Of a DNA stretch of 64,000 nt, positions 62,146 through 64,000 are shown in pieces. The DNA is from Tubiluchus corallicola. Taxonomy: Eukaryota; Animalia; Priapulida. The first letter of the stretch is position 1, and every line of letters begins with the position of its first letter. A program made the position numbers and the translations under genes. Location of the stretch: NCBI GenBank assembly GCA_030141605.1, contig JAQGDQ010000426.1, positions 124,001 through 188,000 of the forward strand, read 5' to 3'. The notes beneath the pieces are model-generated. The model was given only the letters and a program-made list of their open reading frames with translations. It was not told where the DNA came from and did no database searches.

Positions 62146-63242
62146 TAGAAGAGGTGGTCTCCTTTTCATGCAGCATTTCTGGGTTGCTAGCTTTGCTGTA
62201 GGATGTTAATTATGGAACAGTTGTCGAGCAAACATCTTATCATCTGACACAATGATGCTAGAGCCCAATAGTAGGGATGGGTATTTAGTGGGAGTATTTT
62301 TCTCTGGTTTTGCTAGTGAAACCCTGTGAATGCGTCCATCACTGATCTTGTGTTGATCGCATATCCAAGCATCGGCACCTTGGCTGTGCTCTGGCCATAA
62401 CTAATCAACTGGGCTGAATGAAGCCAGATGTGGTCGTCAATACTACAAGAGATCAGTAAAATCACTTACTAGTACGAAGCCATTGCTTTTAGCACGCAAT
62501 AAATCTTTGTGAAATTTATGATGACAGAAAAATCGTCAGCAATTACTTTACCTATGCTACTCCACCTGATTTTAATTGATTATATAGTAGTAGTAGTAGT
62601 AGTATAGTTTATCGAATTTCAAATGCATAGTTGTTCTCCATAATATTAGACTGTGCAGAAACTGCTGTGTTAGTTTCTGACGTCATATGACGTAAAGCCC
62701 ATTTTCGTGACGTCATGCGTTTAAGCAGTAACACTTATGCAAACGTGCTTGACGTGCAAGGGAAGACGCCTGTTATTGCACAAACTGTGGTTAGTTTCTG
62801 ACGTAAGCAATAGCTGTGTTCGGTTGCCCTTGGTTAACTTTCTAAGCTAATTATTCAAATGTAAGAAACAATTACCAACTTTTATAGGCAAGAAAACGTA
62901 CATTTTGGACAGTAAATTAAAATGAGATTGAGTCTAAACAATCATTCGATTTTCCTTTAAGTGACGCGCTTGTAGTCGAGTGAAAGCTATGCTGTATTTT
63001 TCTATAATATTCTCTGGTAAGTTTGGGGTTTTCAAGTCCGAGTTGAATTCCTTGTAAACAATACGTTTGGTAGAATTAGTGTTCAAAACTCTTTCCCTTG
63101 GTAAGTTGCGTTGCTGTGCACAGTATACTTTCTCATTGACCGCTGATAAGTTTCTCAAGCATTTTGCTAAGTCACTATTACACTGACTCGCTAAAGATAT
63201 AGGTGCTAGCTTTTAGATACTAAAAGCCGACTGACATATTGG

Positions 63243-63613
63243 CAGGGCCTATTTCAAGGGGGGGAAGTGGGGATACTTCCCCGGGGCCTCACCCTCCAGG
63301 GGGTCCTCGCGCCAAGGTAACATTTTTTTTACTTTATGCGAACATACTGCCGCCTCTCTCCCTCTCTCTTGCCGCACGCGCGCCGTTTGCCAGTATTGAC
63401 AAGTATTAAGGACTGGTCTTGCGAATAAAGCAGTTTTTCTTTCAATTGTTCTTTCCTTTAACAACAGTAACTCCATATTTTCTCTTCAAAAATGCTTCTC
63501 CGACGTTCTAGCAGTTCAAAAATTTTCTGGGCGCCAACCACGGTAGCGCCCGCCCCCGGCGCTTCCACTCCCCCCCCCATGATGGGGCCTCGCCTAGGCT
63601 GAAATAGGCGCTG
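63243..63613 (-). mobile_element. hAT-type MITE (family copy 2, inverted)
   Basis: Reverse-complement homolog of 56742-57175; 8-bp TSD CATATTGG. Confidence 0.92.
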
Positions 63614-64000
63614 CATATTGGTGGCTAGAACAGTTAGGTAGTATATATGCAGAGTAAGAAACACTCTGGGTACTACATTGCAAAATATATGAAGACCTAT
63701 TAAAGGTCCATAAATGAAATGTCAACGGATAGAAAATAGGTCACGAAGTATAATGTTAGTTGCAGGGAAAGTAGAAACCTGATTAGAGACTGGGGCATTC
63801 CCTTTATCCAAATTTGGAGAGTGCCGCATTATCCGCAATACAATGCCAGAGTCTGTACCACGACCAGGGGGTGATGTTCTAACAGTTCAACGCCTGTACT
63901 TTGATACCTGTAGATTCGCCACCACTAGCAGTGCCATTCACTAGGTGCAGATGGCTTCGTGTTCTTGCTGTGAACGTTTTTATTTGCCAGACTTTCTGCT

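Overview
AT-rich, intron-rich invertebrate animal genomic DNA; the taxon cannot be assigned from sequence alone. Three spliced protein-coding genes can be reconstructed by hand. (1) The last six exons of an arginine-type phosphagen kinase (+, 677..15298; its 5' end lies upstream of the window). (2) A complete aspartyl/asparaginyl beta-hydroxylase ASPH (-, 42624..28512, 10 coding exons, ~1380 aa). Its luminal region is a single 2.8-kb exon of ~21-22 near-perfect 38-aa repeats built from DxDxDGIPD (thrombospondin type-3-like) Ca2+-binding loops. (3) About 3.8 kb downstream on the same strand, a two-exon gene (-, 24725..19423, ~1218 aa) made of a signal peptide plus ~90 DxDxDG loops. Its exon junction and array start and end match those of the ASPH repeat exon, suggesting partial duplication of ASPH into a soluble Asp-rich Ca-binding protein. 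The ASPH active site keeps its Fe/2OG ligands but appears to have changed substrate-contacting residues. The rest of the window holds an internally deleted pogo-type transposon, several hAT-type MITEs with 8-bp TSDs, an RTE LINE deletion series, other LINE fragments, mini/microsatellites and an orphan SLC5-like exon.
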